Assembly (NCBI GenBank): GCA_030704615.1
Contig: CM060731.1
Coordinates: forward strand, 24,056,001 to 24,120,000
Source: Takakia lepidozioides
Lineage: Eukaryota > Plantae > Bryophyta
Reading direction: 5' to 3'
Length of the DNA: 64,000 nucleotides
Program-made: the position numbers and the translations under genes
Part shown: positions 38,493 through 52,623 of the stretch, in pieces
How positions within the stretch are numbered: the stretch's first letter is position 1
Layout: the number at the start of each line of letters is the position of its first letter
Notes under the pieces: generated by a model
Seen by the model: only the letters and a program-made list of their open reading frames with translations
The model's database searches: none
What the model was told of the DNA's origin: nothing

Positions 38493-39960
38493 TCATTTCA
38501 ATTGTAGTCTCGATGCAGTGCACCATGTCAAACATTCAAGAATACTCTGATGAAATAAAGTTGCAAGCATTCTAAACCAACGTCTACGAATTTGTGGTCT
38601 ATCGTTACCTAAATATTGTTCAAGTGCAATTCTTTGATTCACCCCTGATATTTCACCCCCTTGCAAAGCAGGCTCAACGTCAACCTCATTTGCTTGATCG
38701 CCTTGTATCCATTGCTCGTTGTTCCTTTCCACATCATGTCTAGATTCTGGCGCATTCTCAGCTTCCAGTTGAAGCATCAACTCGTTGATGTCTGTGTCTT
38801 TTCCATTCAAAATCATATTATGTAATATACAACAGGTGACGATTACATCTGGAAGAAAATATACATGGAGGTTTGACTTGATCATTAACTCCCAAAATGT
38901 TTTCTTAAGGATGCCAAATCCGTTCTCGACTACCACCCGTGCACACGACAGAGTTGTTTGTTGTATATCGCCTCCAGGATAGAATGTCGTGCATCTGTTT
39001 GTTTGTGAGGCACCATGAGCCAGGGGAGCAGTGGATAACCTTTATCACCGATTATATAAGGTTTAATGCGCTCATGCGAATTGCGTTCATGAAACAAATC
39101 TCCCCAAGTAGCCTTCCGATAGATAGAAGACAACCGCAAGATTCGTTCGTCATTGATAGAACCAAGCATCCCCACGAATACATCAATGAATCTGTGGTCA
39201 ACAATGGCCTGTAGTTGCATACTATACGCCTTTGATTTGAAAGAATAGTAGCAAATATTTGGCCCTTCGGTTTTTGGAAATGTATTTGAGCTACGTCGAT
39301 AGCCCCAAGGATAGCTGGCAAGCTAGACAGTGCTTTGAAACCTTCTTGTACATGTGACAGATTGTCTCCCTCAGGCCAACGAAGCTGGTTCTTGAAAACC
39401 TCGTTTACTGCTTCTACAAATTCGCGCAGGACTAGATGCACCGTTGATTTTTCTATTGCAAAGAGTTTGCTACACTGCAAGTATTCGGATGCATGGGCTA
39501 ACTTGTAAAGTGAACATGCTACCCTGATGCTCACTGGAACCGTGCACCTATACCTTGTATTTTGCTTTTCCATTTTATGATTCAGTTTCTCTGTCAACTG
39601 CCTCACAAAAAACCTGGTGACCCGGAAGTGCTCAATCCACCTCTTATCATCGTACTGTGTCATAAGAAATTGTGAGTACCAGGTTGTAGATCGCGCTTTG
39701 ACCCAATCCCCGAGTTCTTGATTGAGTAGTAGTTCATACATGCAAGATAACCTATAGCTATGCAAAATTATAGCATTTGTCATTGTTTCGAACACTAGTC
39801 TTGTCTGTGTCCTCGTTGAGAGCATACGATTGCAGTTCATCGACAAAATCAAGGGACTTGAAAGCAGATTCTGTATTCTGATGTGCAAAGATCAACAGGT
39901 CCTGCGCCTGGATTACAAGCTGAAAAAATTGTGCAAGTAGGATGATTTTCAATGGCCGCA
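38493..39960 (-). pseudogene. Harbinger DDE transposase (DDE_Tnp_4), frameshifted
   Basis: LGAIDVAQI, GSINDERIL, YIIGDKGYPLLPWLMVP, VVENGFGILK, CCILHN. Confidence 0.92.
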
Positions 39961-42900
39961 TGATGCTAACGTGTTGTAAAACGAGCGGCGTATATGTAAA
40001 ACGAAGGTAGAAATGATCAGGCGAACAATCAACTACTGTAGAACTCCCGTAGAAACATCTCATATCACACAAATAACAGATGTGATTTCATGAACATAGA
40101 TAGCTTAGTGATAACTGCTATTAATAAATCAGGTTAACTTAATCTCATGTGTGAACGGAGATAAGGTGTCGATAAAGTCGGGTTACCGATCATTGGTAAA
40201 GGGTCCAAAATATGGCTCTATCAACGTGGTAGGGCATATTGACGGGATAACATAACCCTAGGTGTGAACTAACCTTAAAGCCATGTACAAGTGCCTCATC
40301 CACGGAACTAGTGCCTCCGAGATCCAGGTTTAGTTGATAGCATTGAAAACTGCCCGCCTGTGCACGCAAAGTGACTCTCGATACAAACCCTAAGCTTTCA
40401 TAGAGATGAAGCCCTTATATGGTACGCAGGACAATGGTACCCCCTTTTATGGTGCACGATAATGGTACGCACTTGGGAGATGATAGAGGGAGGATGCTTG
40501 CACAAGGGACCTACTTAGGGGTGAAAAAAAGTTTTTTATTTACCCATTTGCTATTCATCCTCCAGAAATATATATTTATCCGCTGATAAAGGGTATATGA
40601 AAATTATTTACCCTTCAGACGAGTAAGGGTAATGATATCTCAGATTATTTACTCGTCTGAAGGGTAAGTGTAAGGGTAAACGAAATGGGCCAACTTGGGT
40701 AAATCATTTTATCCTTACCCCGATTTACCCTTTGCCAGGTAAGTCCGGGTAAATGATTTGCCCGCACAACACTGGTAATTACCTCACAAAGTAACAAGAT
40801 ATGTAGTCAGCATCACTCATTTGGCATAGAGTGCTATATCCAACTGAACAACCGACTTGGTAGTACTTCAACTTGACTATCGACATGTCTACAGAATATC
40901 TGTGACAAAGAATATAAGTAAATAGGGTTGGACTCTAAACTTATACATGGAGAAAAGTTTAAGGGCCTTGACTCTTTACCTGCATCCAGCCTGACTACAC
41001 AATGGTCTTCAGATGGTTGGCGCACGTGAGTTCAAATGCACAATTGAATGATTGTGTATCCATTCACATAGAATAAAATGCATGCAAGCTCCCGCATATA
41101 TAATATGGTTGTGGGACAAGAGAATATCGGAGCAGCAAAGGCAGGCAGACAGCAAAAACAGACAATAGTGCTGCTGCATGGCTACAGACGCTTGATCACC
41201 ATGATATGCATAACTCCCCAAGAATAGTATCCAGATTTAGATTGTAAGATGAACTATAGGTGTTATCAAGAAACTACCAGTGTTGGACTGGTAGATACTG
41301 GTATATACACTGGTATTAGGTACCAGACCAGTCTGGTATCATTTGGGAGAATACTTGGTCATATCCCAGACCAGGTTGGTATAAGATGTTTCCAGCCACA
41401 ATTCCAGTACTCCCCCGCCGTCTTCCTCATCTACTCTGGTATGTGTATTATACTAATTTATGTGTACATATGCCTACATACTTGTACTTGCTGTCATTGC
41501 CAGATCTTTGTCTGCCATGAAAAACATGCCACCAACCTGAATCTTGCAGGCCGGAGTTATCAAGCATCAGCACTGCATGTAGAAGCACACAGAAATGAAG
41601 AAAATGACATTCTATCAGGTGATGGGTGTGGTCTTGTCCAATATGACAGACCATGGGAAGGCAAATGGGCATCCAGTCTTTCCTGACGCCTCCCATGTTC
41701 ATGGTCAAAGCTGAAATTGTGCCCACCAGCAGAAAAACTACCAGATTGAGCATGAACACACAGGCAGTATTTTTACCAAACAGGAGGAAGTTGCACTGGA
41801 ACATAGTGTCTTCAGTAACTTGATCTGGGTGTTGGTGCAGTTTGTCTACTTCTATGTGACACACCCAACAGACACATTCTGTGCAGTACACTAACTCTGG
41901 CAAAAGAGTTTTCACAAGTGGTCCATTGTTGACATTTTCTATGCCCAATACCTCCTCACACCTTGTGGTAAATGTGATCAGGAAATTGCTGCACAAACCC
42001 ATTGTTATGACCCATCCACCGTCTTGAAAGCATTGCAGACCAGAAGTGTGAGATGAGCCAGTTTCCAGTCATAGTAGCCAGCTCTGACAATCATTCATCC
42101 ATCTTAATGTTACACCCTCTGAATTATAAAGGGAAAATTGAAGGCCTTCCACAACCAAGCCTAATTATTAATCGACAGAGCATCAGGAAAAAACTCACAG
42201 AATTGATGAATGCAAACTAGAATTTCCCATGCTTCCCAACATACTACCAAAAAAATTTCAACCATTCCCACACACTTTCATTTTTAGTTCACACAAAGAA
42301 CTGGTCAGCTTTGAATATATTTGTTGAAGTGCCTAGCACTGTTGCATCCAGTGCACTCTCTCTGGTGCACAGCACATCAACTAGGGGGGTCCTTTCAAAC
42401 CAATGGAATGGCCATGTGATCTTTTATCTGAGAACTGTTGACAAGGAAATGACACCCTGAGCGGGACTGTCCCTCCAGAACAAGCCCTGTATAACTATGG
42501 TCCCACTGCTCACAACTAGATAGTTGGTTACTTCAGCAAAGATCTGTGCCAACTGTTTACATTTAGAATCCGTGTCGTGTCCAAATCCTTAACATTCTCA
42601 AAAGCGTAATGCCTCAAAGAGAATTCGGCCACCCAAAGGCTACTGAAACGAGCATGGATTTATATGCCAGATCCAGAAACTGCCTGGTGTAGAGCATGGA
42701 CCAGTGCCTAGATTAGATTACCATTTAGTGGATCTGGTAATATTTGGGTTGGATGTTGCCTATTTCAGAGTGTCCTGCGTCTTGATCTTCCCACATACCC
42801 CCTCTATGCAATCGAACCAATACACACCCCAGACCAATCATAAGTACTCCAAGTATTAGCAGGCAGTAATCCTTCTACCCCATCCTACAGTCTCCAGCTG

Positions 42901-45101
42901 AGACATTCCAAAATCTAAGAGATAAAGGAAGGCTGCGAACGTTTGGCTGCATAGCGCCATGCATCAGTCTCCAAATTTTCCTTCTCTTTGCGCAGAGACA
43001 CAAGCAAGTCCTCCATCAAAGCTGCCCAACAACCCAATTCGTTTGTCACATTCGGGAATCGTCCTAGCAGAGTCCAGAAGAATGAGAGGCCGATATAACA
43101 ACATGTATATGGGTTTGCCATAATCACCTCCAATGGACCACAGCTTTTTTGCAACGACCCAAGTTAACCTGATTGAATCCAAAAGAGCTATTACAAGCCA
43201 AGTTTTTTGGAGGGTCCACAGGGGAAAATTTCTGTTTAACTGACAGAGGTTCTCTAACTCTCGCGCCCTAAACTTTAGTAGAAGGAACGGCGCAGCATTA
43301 TGTCCACGATGAAGAATGTTATACCAGAGGACATAGGGTGACACTGGTTCCACGTATCGCCCAGACAGGTAGCTGAAGAATTTCTACGCATGTCATCTAA
43401 CCGGATTTTTGTAATTCCAGGGCCATTAGGGTTATCGCATTTAAAATTATCATCAGCCTCCAAACGCAAGCACAGCAACTTCCCCTGCTGCTAAAATGCG
43501 ATTCTCTTACCTTACACCAAACACAGCCCAGACAGATCCATTCCGCCTAAGATATCTATTGGGAATCGCGCAATCCCAGAACCATTTCAATAGAACCCAA
43601 ATCCAAGTATGAGAAAAGAAAGAGAGACAAAACAGACACCCACACATACACATGGATACCTTGCTCAGTCTCCGCCTTGCGGTCAAGAGTGAAGGTGAGG
43701 TCTTCCGCCATGAGATCCAGCAGCGCAGTATCATCGCCGGCTGCCACAGCGCCCGATATGGCGGAACCCCCCCGTGCTGGGGATGCCCCGCCCTGCATCA
43801 CAACCGTCTTCCTCTTCCTCCTCGTCTTCCTCTTCTGCTTCTTCTTCTTCTCTGTATGCAAACTTGATTCTTGGACTGGATCCGTTCTCTTTATGAGGAA
43901 CATCATGAGGAACGTGTCATCAAAGACCATTCTCGGCGGATGGACTGACGTGGCTGCGATGACGTGGTGACGATGACGTGGCATTATGGCACCCTATTCC
44001 TGTAGCTTCCGACCTTCGTCCGAACGACTGAGATTCCTTTGGCATCCACATTTTGCTCGTTCATCCATCAAAGTAAGATGGATGAATCTATCAAACATCC
44101 CTGGCGTAATCGATTTGCTTAAATATCTAGGTTTCCTTTTACGGATTCTTGCCATGTACTTCATGAAGGGGAACGGAATCCTCGTGAGAGAGATGGATGT
44201 AACATTTACACGGATGAGAAGCATCCTATATACATTCAAATCTCTGGATCAAGGGGAAGACAAACATAGTAGGTGGGAATGTAAGTACGGAGTAATCTTT
44301 TGTTGGGAGTTGTCCGGCTTTTGAGCTAACGGGACGTTTTGCGAACTAATGTTCGCTACCTACCCGAACCGACCATTCGAACCAATGGCCAAGTACCAAC
44401 CCCAGTCCAAACTTGCTGCCTCTTGAATGCTTCCAACAATCTTAAAAAATATATAAATGTATGCACGAAATAAAAAACACTTTTTATTTACTAAAGAATA
44501 AAAACATTTCCAAATAAAGTTCTCCAGGGCCTCCCCACTGTTCTTCCCAAGCACAAAAAAGAACAGACAAAAAAAAACATTGGTTCCTCTGGCAAAGAGT
44601 TTGGATCAGGAGAGCTGACGAAGAACACCTGTGGAGCTTTACAGATCTTTGATCAGACAGCGAGCAGACCAGAAGGAAGATGTCCACTAGTTCAAGCTTG
44701 GGCATCGTCGTCCAGATGACTCCATTCCGGATTTATGTACTAGGTAACGTGATCAGCTTGGTTACCACTTCCATGGTTTCTCATCTATGTGAAAGAGATA
44801 CAATTGTACAATCCGAAGGTAAGCTGTCACCTGGGTGAGCTGAAAATGCTCTAGTAGCCATTGCTTAATTCACCCAGCTTACAGGCTGGCCAATGATCTA
44901 AAATCGACCAACGTCAAATGAATTTGAAGAAAAAAAATCTAATTTGAACATGTCATGACCCAGATGAGAATTGTCTACATTCAAGTCTTGACACTGCATT
45001 TCGAGGAATTAAGAGAAGCAGGCCTATGCTTAGTGAATTAACTGATGGATTGTACAATGGGAGTCTCAACCTTATCGAAATCCACCTCGGCCAGGAGCTT
45101 T

Positions 45102-47491
45102 CTAGGGAGCCGGTACTCCAGGATCTGGATTAGCAACGGGGGGAGAGTAGTCGATGAATATGTCGTGCAACTCACGGGAGTTTTCTTGCCCTGCGGGAAC
45201 TGCAGGAACCTGAGACACCATACCCGTGATCCCATGAGCGAATTCGACCACACTGAGTACATTCAGAACCTGAAAACGTGCGTGACTTGACCTTCTAAGG
45301 CCCTTCTTGGCTCAAACATTTGTACGGAAACATGCATCCCTCTACTTGTCGTGACAATCTGTATGTGCATTCTAGTTACAGTCTTTGTTGGAAACTGAGT
45401 CCAAGCAGTTGAAGCGAGGACTCTGAAAAATGTGGCTCGGGTTAAGATATAAAGAATGATGCACAAGTAATTACAAATACATAGACCAAAGATCGTTTCT
45501 TGCAAATTCCAGAGATTACGATATGTAGTTCTAAAAAAGGAGGTGATGCATACCAAATCCTCGACCAAATCATCGACAGTAGCTGGTTGGGTACTGGTGC
45601 CTTCTAGCTGATGAAGACTCATTGTCGCTGTCAGTAAGCTTCTTCCTGATTCAACATGCACAATGTTCCAGACTAGTCTGTTAGTGCAATCAAGTTTACA
45701 AAAAAGTATGTTATGATCATCGAAACAAAATCTGCTACTGCATGAATTGTCCTAGGGCAGTTCACTTTTTGTTTCTCATTTAGGAAATGTAAACAATCCT
45801 TTGTACAGGGTCTGAGTAGACGCAAATTATAACACTCGTTAGGTCCCATGCATCAAGCTCAACGTCCATGTAGAGATCATGAACGTCTTCAAGCTCCCCA
45901 CTTGAGTTGTTTTATTTGAAGGTCCAGCACTCCAAAATGACCGCCCCAAGTCGAGCCCAAGACGTGCACAGAACGCCTTGAAGACTTCTGGGATAAAGCA
46001 AGTGAGGTTACATGTACTTCAAAACATAATGGTCAGTGTTGCCAGGGCTGAGATAAATGGCGACACCCGTGGGCCATCGTACCAGCTCACGGACTACGCA
46101 GATGGTCCTGCCTCTGACCATCTGAGATTTTCCAAGTATGCATGATAGGTGGTAAAATTTTCTTCCACGGCAGGTGCCTGTCACATTTGCAGCAAAACTT
46201 GAAGCACTCTAGTGGGCCTTGACTAATTGGCCACCCTGGAGATAGCTGGGTGGTCATGCCGGTGTTCGAAGTTACATTGCAGATGGATCTGCACTGTACT
46301 GTTAGTTGGTGACCCATCGTGTACTGGGTCAGCAACTTCAACTGTAGATGAGAAGATATTACATAAAAGACACACTTCAGCTCGGATGGCCAAACGACGT
46401 CCCGCATACAGCTGACTGCCTAGCCAAATTCAGACCCTCTTGGCTTGCACATGCGAAATCACTCATGTCACATTGATGGACCAAGTAGCAAGGGTGTCCA
46501 GAAACTATATTGCACCGAGACACAGGCCTCAAGCTTATATAAGTCTGATCAATATGTAGGCACCATAACGTCTTGAGAAAATACCAGATTTTCGAAAGCA
46601 CATTGATGTCTATCGAGATCAGATATCCTAGGTAGCTGACCATGAATCAGCACCAGCAGAGAGAGTGGTACTTCAACGGAAAAGTTCTCGAGTTTAAGTA
46701 AAAACAGTGATCGCGACAGCACCACCTCTCAACCTCCACAGAAACACATGTATACTATCTCGAAATAGTCTGTACCGGAAATAGAGGATTCCAGTAGTGG
46801 CATTAAGCTGCTAAGACGGTACATAGGCCATTGATCAACAAACTACTGTTGTTACATATATCCAAAAAGTGTGTCTGCTGGTGCATCAAGCACCCCGGCT
46901 GAAATCGTTAGCACCAGATTGCGTGCTACAGGTCGATTGATCTTCTGAACTCGCATCTCTCGGTATACGTGTTGAATTGACAAACGAAGAAAGAAAGCCT
47001 GAGCGAATTCGAATTTCCTGTCAACTCATGTGCTTAGCAACTAAAGCTTAGTTAGCCTGAAATTCTGACGCATTTCCAGCTGCTAAGAGACGTAGATACA
47101 AACATTTCGCCTAGCAAGAGGGAAAGACAACGAAGCGACGCAAAGATCGCGTTCAGGACTGTCCAGAGACAATCGAAATTCTACCTTCTCTCCTCGCATA
47201 CCGACCGTTGGAAGGCTCACCTTTTATTATGCTGTCAACCTTTGATGCCTTTTACCTCGTTGATGTGTCTAAAGATGCACGGAACTTCAACAATTTTTCA
47301 AAGAATGTTAGTCAGCACAAGTTACAACACATAAGAGACACAGAGAGAGAGAGAGAGAGAGTGCAAGCAAAAAGGAGAGAGGTCTGCAGACCTGCAGGAA
47401 GCAGTTGTCGAGAACCTAACGCACCTGATGGCAACGACAAAGCCACCAACAGTAAGCACAGCAGCAACTGTATCCTCCATCGGAAGGCCAT
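45102..47491 (-). CDS. PSY-like tyrosine-sulfated peptide precursor; 3 exons (47491-47392, 45645-45554, 45209-45102), 99 aa
   Basis: Signal peptide MAFRWRIQLLLCLLLVALSLPSGALGSRQLL; phase-compatible GT-AG introns; C-terminal DYSPPVANPDPGVPAP* resembles PSY1 (DYGDPSANPKHDPGVPPS). Confidence 0.72.
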
Positions 47492-48144
47492 ACCCGCTGC
47501 TAGCTGACCAGCAGCCTCTTCAAAGATGTTGAGCGAGAGAAACAGCAAAAAGGGGAGCTCTAAATGGAGACGAGGGTTGGTAGGGCCGGCGGGTATGGAG
47601 GCGAGCATCTGCGAGGGGCCCCACGACTTCCGACGTCAACCGCACGACTTAGGCCCCTCTTACGCCCTTCATCACGGCACCATCTCCTCCATAGTACCAC
47701 CCCTTCCTTTTCACACTTGTCCTGGACTCTCCGTCACTGGTCTTGGTCTCACCCTCTCCATCTCCTGCTGACCTCCGTGCTCCTCCTCCCTTCTTCCTCT
47801 CCCTCCACTACAATCCAGGTTGTGGGTCTCATTTATGACAATTATTGGGAAGCTTTTGCTGCCCTAACTTGTGCCTTGTCTGCTTGCAATCATGGCCCCA
47901 GCTGTTTTCTCTTCCGGTACGACCGACCTGAGAGCCCCCACATCTTCACCTTTCTCCCTCACCGTCATCCTTTGACCCCCTCTCGTCTGCCGCATCATCC
48001 TTTGACTTCGCTCGTCTTCCATGATCCATCGCCCCCACCGCCTCCTTTGTTTCACCCCTCAACACCATCATTCCTTGTCCTCTCTCAGCTCTCATTCCCC
48101 ACAACCTGCCAAAAACAAAAACAAAAAGAAAAAAAGAAAAAAAA

Positions 48145-49030
48145 CCCATTTCAGCATCATCATCTGGATGCAAGGCACAAACAACCCACAAAATTTTATC
48201 ACTGTGTAAGTTACTCCAGCCAGAAAAAAAGAAAAAAAAAAAAAGAAAAAAAAAAAAAAAAACCCATTTCAGCATCATCATCTGGATGCAAGGCACAAAC
48301 AACCCACAAAATTTTATCACTGTGTAAGTTACTCCAGCCAGAAAAAAAGAAAAAAGAAAAAAGAAAAAAAGAAAAAAAACCCATTTCAGCATCATCATCT
48401 GGATGCAAGGCACAAACAACCCACAAAATTTTATCACTGTGTAAGTTACTCCAGCCAGAAAAAAGAAAAAAAGAAAAAAAGAAAAAAAACCCATTTCAGC
48501 ATCATCATCTGGATGCAAGGCACAAACAACCCACAAAATTTTATCACTGTGTAAGTTACTCCAGCCAGAAAAAGAAAAAAGAAAAAAGAAAAAAGAAAAA
48601 AAGAAAAAAAAAAAAAAACCCATTTCAGCATCATCATCTGGATGCAAGGCACAAACAACCCACAAAATTTTATCACTGTGTAAGTTACTCCAGCCAGAAA
48701 AAAAGAAAAAAGAAAAAAGAAAAAAAGAAAAAAAACCCATTTCAGCATCATCATCTGGATGCAAGGCACAAACAACCCACAAAATTTTATCACTGTGTAA
48801 GTTACTCCAGCCAGAAAAAAAGAAAAAAGAAAAAAGAATAAAAGAAAAAAAACCCATTTCAGCATCATCATCTGGATGCAAGGCACAAACAACCCACAAA
48901 ATTTTATCACTGTGTAAGTTACTCCAGCCAGAAAAAAAGAAAAAAGAAAAAAGAAAAAAGAAAAAAAGAAAAAAAACCCATTTCAATATCATCATGTCAC
49001 AAACAACCCACAAAAAATCTTATCGCTGTA
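48145..49030. repeat. Tandem array: 7 full copies and 1 degenerate copy of a 79-bp core, separated by variable (A)nG tracts
   Basis: cccatttcagcatcatcatctggatgcaaggcac...gttactccagccag at 48145, 48263, 48380, 48490, 48619, 48736, 48853; partial copy at 48977. Confidence 0.95.
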
Positions 49031-51683
49031 TACGGCAGCCGTACATGACCCACATGAGGAAATTCTAAAAAAGAGAGCCCATCATGCTAATAGGTAACTG
49101 CAGTTTCTGTTCTTGTTTCCTTGCCTAAAAATATATACCTTCTCCCAATATGGGGCTTCACCAAGATATGCTCAACATGGATGAACAATGGACATTCATC
49201 TACCGCCGTACATTCGTCCTCGGTGATTGACTTTGGAAACGCCAAAGCTCCATTGTCCTATCGGCGAGTAGTAAGGATGAAAAACTCATGCTGCCCCTTC
49301 ATTTAGGTACGTTCATCAGCAACTACTCTGCATCCATCTGCTGTCAACGGACAACTGTGTGGATATGTGTGGTACGTGGCATCCTACGATGAACTAGACA
49401 CAAGTTATATTGACTCTCTGTACAAACGTGTCAGGATCACACGAGTCGCAAAAGATGCCGCCCAACATTCTATAGAATAATTAGGAATTAATTTTTCCTT
49501 AGAATAATTAATTACTGTTTTACCTAGGCATCTCCACGTCAATGGATGTCTAATGTAAGAAAATTCTTAAATAAGAACATATTAGATATTATTGGAAAGA
49601 CTTTTCGACGTGTCACGGCAGTTGAGCGGGTCTCTTCATCCATCAGGATGGATAGCCATATTTCATTACACTTGAACGGTTCCCCTTCGGCGCCAACTCA
49701 ACGGTCTTCGAGGCCAGAGGATATATGAAGAGTTGAACCTAAGACCTCCGATACTGTATTCTGGATTTAGTGCTAGCGCTAACCGGCGGCGACGGATCTG
49801 CGGCCTGGAATGTGTAGGCTTCCAGACGGTTCCATGATTCCATCCGTGGCCTCATCCTGGGCGCCGATTCCACTCTCCGCGTTCCCAATGAAAGAACACA
49901 CGCGTGCGGAATTAGAAATAGGCAAGATGCACGGTACAGCACTAGCCAAGTTGTATATTATTTTCTATTAGTTTGACGATAATATAGTTGCCCGACCGTG
50001 AGTCGGTCCAGCCATGAATAGTAGAGCGCAATGTAAAATAAGAAATACGTTGACTACAAGGCACCTTGATTTTGGTGTTTTTCGCAGTTCTTTTAGAAGC
50101 TGACACGCACCGCACTATCCGACTACTTAGATTCAGTGGCTGTGTTGTCATTTTCCCCAATTCGACCGAGTGCCCATGTGGCGAGAATAACGAGGTGACA
50201 GGGCTAGAAAAGTGGGTATGTCCAGGTGGCACGTCTTAAATGCTCCACGTTTGCAGAATTAGCCTCCTGATATTCAGCTATTGACGCTTGCTGGCGAAAG
50301 TTTTGGATTTTTACTCCCCATAATTCCTTTTTACAAGTAGCTGACCCATTTTCCAGGTCGAAATTTGGCGACTTTTTGCTAGGTAAAAACACTGCTTAGA
50401 TTTGAGTAGAAAGTCAAATTAATACAACACCCCAGCTACTTCGCACTATTTACCAGTGACGACTTCAGTGAACAATGTCCAAGAAAATGTAATGGATTCA
50501 AGTGGTATTAAATACATGAGTATATATATATATAAGAGAGTGTCTTACCACCTTCCCATTGGGGGTAAGATCCACATTTGATATGATGGAAATCGTCAGA
50601 CAAGTACATCCGGACGACGAATGGGTTCGTGGGTGCAGAATGTTGCTGTCTCTAGGTTTGCGCTTTTGTACAAGAGCGGCGGCCGTTGACTGTGCAATGC
50701 AGCTGTTCAGAGTTGTCTGTGGATGTATACTACCGACTCTTTTCTCCGCCTCCATAGCCCAGCTAGCGACAGTAGCAGTAGCTTGCATGCGCAGCGGGGG
50801 TTGAAAAGGGGTTGTCTCTTGGAGAATGTAGTACTACGCATGTATTAGTTTTCTGGAAGTGCATGGGGAGTGATCTGGGGATTGGTCGCATGCCTTGTTC
50901 GTTGCATAGCAGTGTGGATTCGTCACCCTTGAGAACAGCCAACTGGAAGGGTGAACATTGTGTTTTTAGGGGTTGAATCCATGGTCCTTTGCTGGCCGCA
51001 ATGTGCAGAATTGCTGATTCTTTCCTTCAAAATCGATGCTGATCGCAAAGGAATAATAGATAGAACTTACATTAGGACTGCATATTTTGGTGGGCAGACA
51101 TAGGCTGCGCCGTTGTGGTTTCCAGCTGATGGAAAGAGGAAGCTTGAAGATGATGTTAGATTGTATGGGCGCACATACCTAGCAAAATGTTATAGGCCTG
51201 TCAAAGACACATCCGCCTGACATGTAAATACTCTGGCCCTAAAGGTTTGGGTTGTGAGGCTCCTCGCTAGCGGATTGAGCTAACTTTTCTGCATAGTATC
51301 AATTTGTGGACAAATGCGAAAAAGAAATGAACTGTAAAAGGTTCGTGTAAGACGAGAGGACTTATGGGGTTTTCTGGGCTGTTACCGACTGGAATGCTCG
51401 AATTGATGGAAGTTTGCAAGCTGCAGACATCTGGAAGTTGATCATGGTTTCTGATCTAATGACAGGTAGAAAACATGTGATCACTCTAGACATCCAAAGT
51501 GGACATATGGTGACAGGACTTGGCAATCGCAACTTTTGAGGCAGCACAGCTAGCATACATTGCACACAATATTTGGCACCTGATGGAAAAATATTTGAGC
51601 CCTCTTACCTAATCGAATTGAAATCACTGTGGCCATGAACAATGCCAAACCAAGGGGCCAAACCAACGAGTTCTAAACTCTGT

Positions 51684-52000
51684 CTTTGTGCATCTGATGA
51701 CTGCTCGATTGCACTCTCACCCGATCGATCCATGTTCGTGCGGCTAGGATCTAACCCCAACCAATCGGCCTGAATCTGTATTGTATGCTGACTAGACTGG
51801 ATTGTACAATCATTATCAAAAACAAATTAACTCTATCAATTAACTCTTTGTGCATCTGATGACTGCTCGATTGCACTCTCACCCGATCGATCCATGTTCG
51901 TGCGGCTAGGATCTAATCCCAACCAATCAGCCTGAATCTGCATTGTATGCTTACTATACTGGATTGTATTATCATTATCAGAAACAAATTAATTCTATCA
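51684..52000. repeat. Tandem duplication of ~163 bp upstream of YUCCA
   Basis: ctttgtgcatctgatgactgctcgattgcactctcacccgatcgatcc... at ~51684 and ~51847. Confidence 0.85.
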
Positions 52001-52623
52001 CCTGCTATTGATTAATGAAATTATTTTCCAACATGTAAAAGCAACCTTTGGGGAATTCGACCCCAGAATCGAGCCAAGTTCTTTGTTTTTTGAAACCAAC
52101 TTTTATAAAGGAGGAAAAAAATAAAACCCCCATATAATCAAGCCAGAGTAGAGGGAACCATGTTCAAATTCCTCTCTCGAGAAAAACCACTCTTTGAATT
52201 AAACGAATTAGCCGGATTACTTCCCAATAATAGGAATATAATACGTATATTATAAGCGTACAGTACGGTCTCGACAGGTGAACCGTATTCTAAGCCGAAA
52301 CTGACGGACGGAAGTATCGGGCGAATCAATACAAATCATTCTTACTGAGACATGGACGGCAACTGTCGGGAACCCCGAGAACATGAAGGAAGCGAACAGA
52401 GAGCCCTCGGGGGACGAGAGGAAACCCGTCGGGATGGATGAACGCTCGTAGCCGTCGGGGACAGCGGTCTGTTTCGAGTATAAGACGGCAACCGGTCTTC
52501 TGCTTTGGCACGACGTTCTTGGTGGGTGGCGGCTGCGTTTAACGATCAGCTCCGTCGTCTGCTCTGCTGCTCTTGCTCGGGTTGCTTTCTCCGTGTGGGA
52601 TCCACTGAGAAGAGAGGATAGCG

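Larger units (their letters stand above)
36735..40275. mobile_element. PIF/Harbinger DNA transposon (3.5 kb)
   Basis: TAA TSD (36732-36734 / 40276-40278); TIRs tggtcagttcacacct / aggtgtgaactaacct; two convergent ORFs. Confidence 0.92.
36371..40774. mobile_element. Non-autonomous hAT-like element (~860 bp without the insert), interrupted by a Harbinger element
   Basis: TIRs cagtgttgtgcgggtaaat / atttgcccgcacaacactg; 8-bp TSD gtaattat (36363-36370) / gtaattac (40775-40782); GGGTAAA/TTTACCC subterminal motifs. Confidence 0.82.

Noticed and set aside
40834-43500. Short ORFs as an identifiable gene
   Set aside because: No recognisable motifs and no consistent exon chain could be built by eye
47564-49013. 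425-aa and 355-aa ORFs
   Set aside because: Artefacts of translating the 79-bp/A-tract tandem repeat (poly-K/poly-F)
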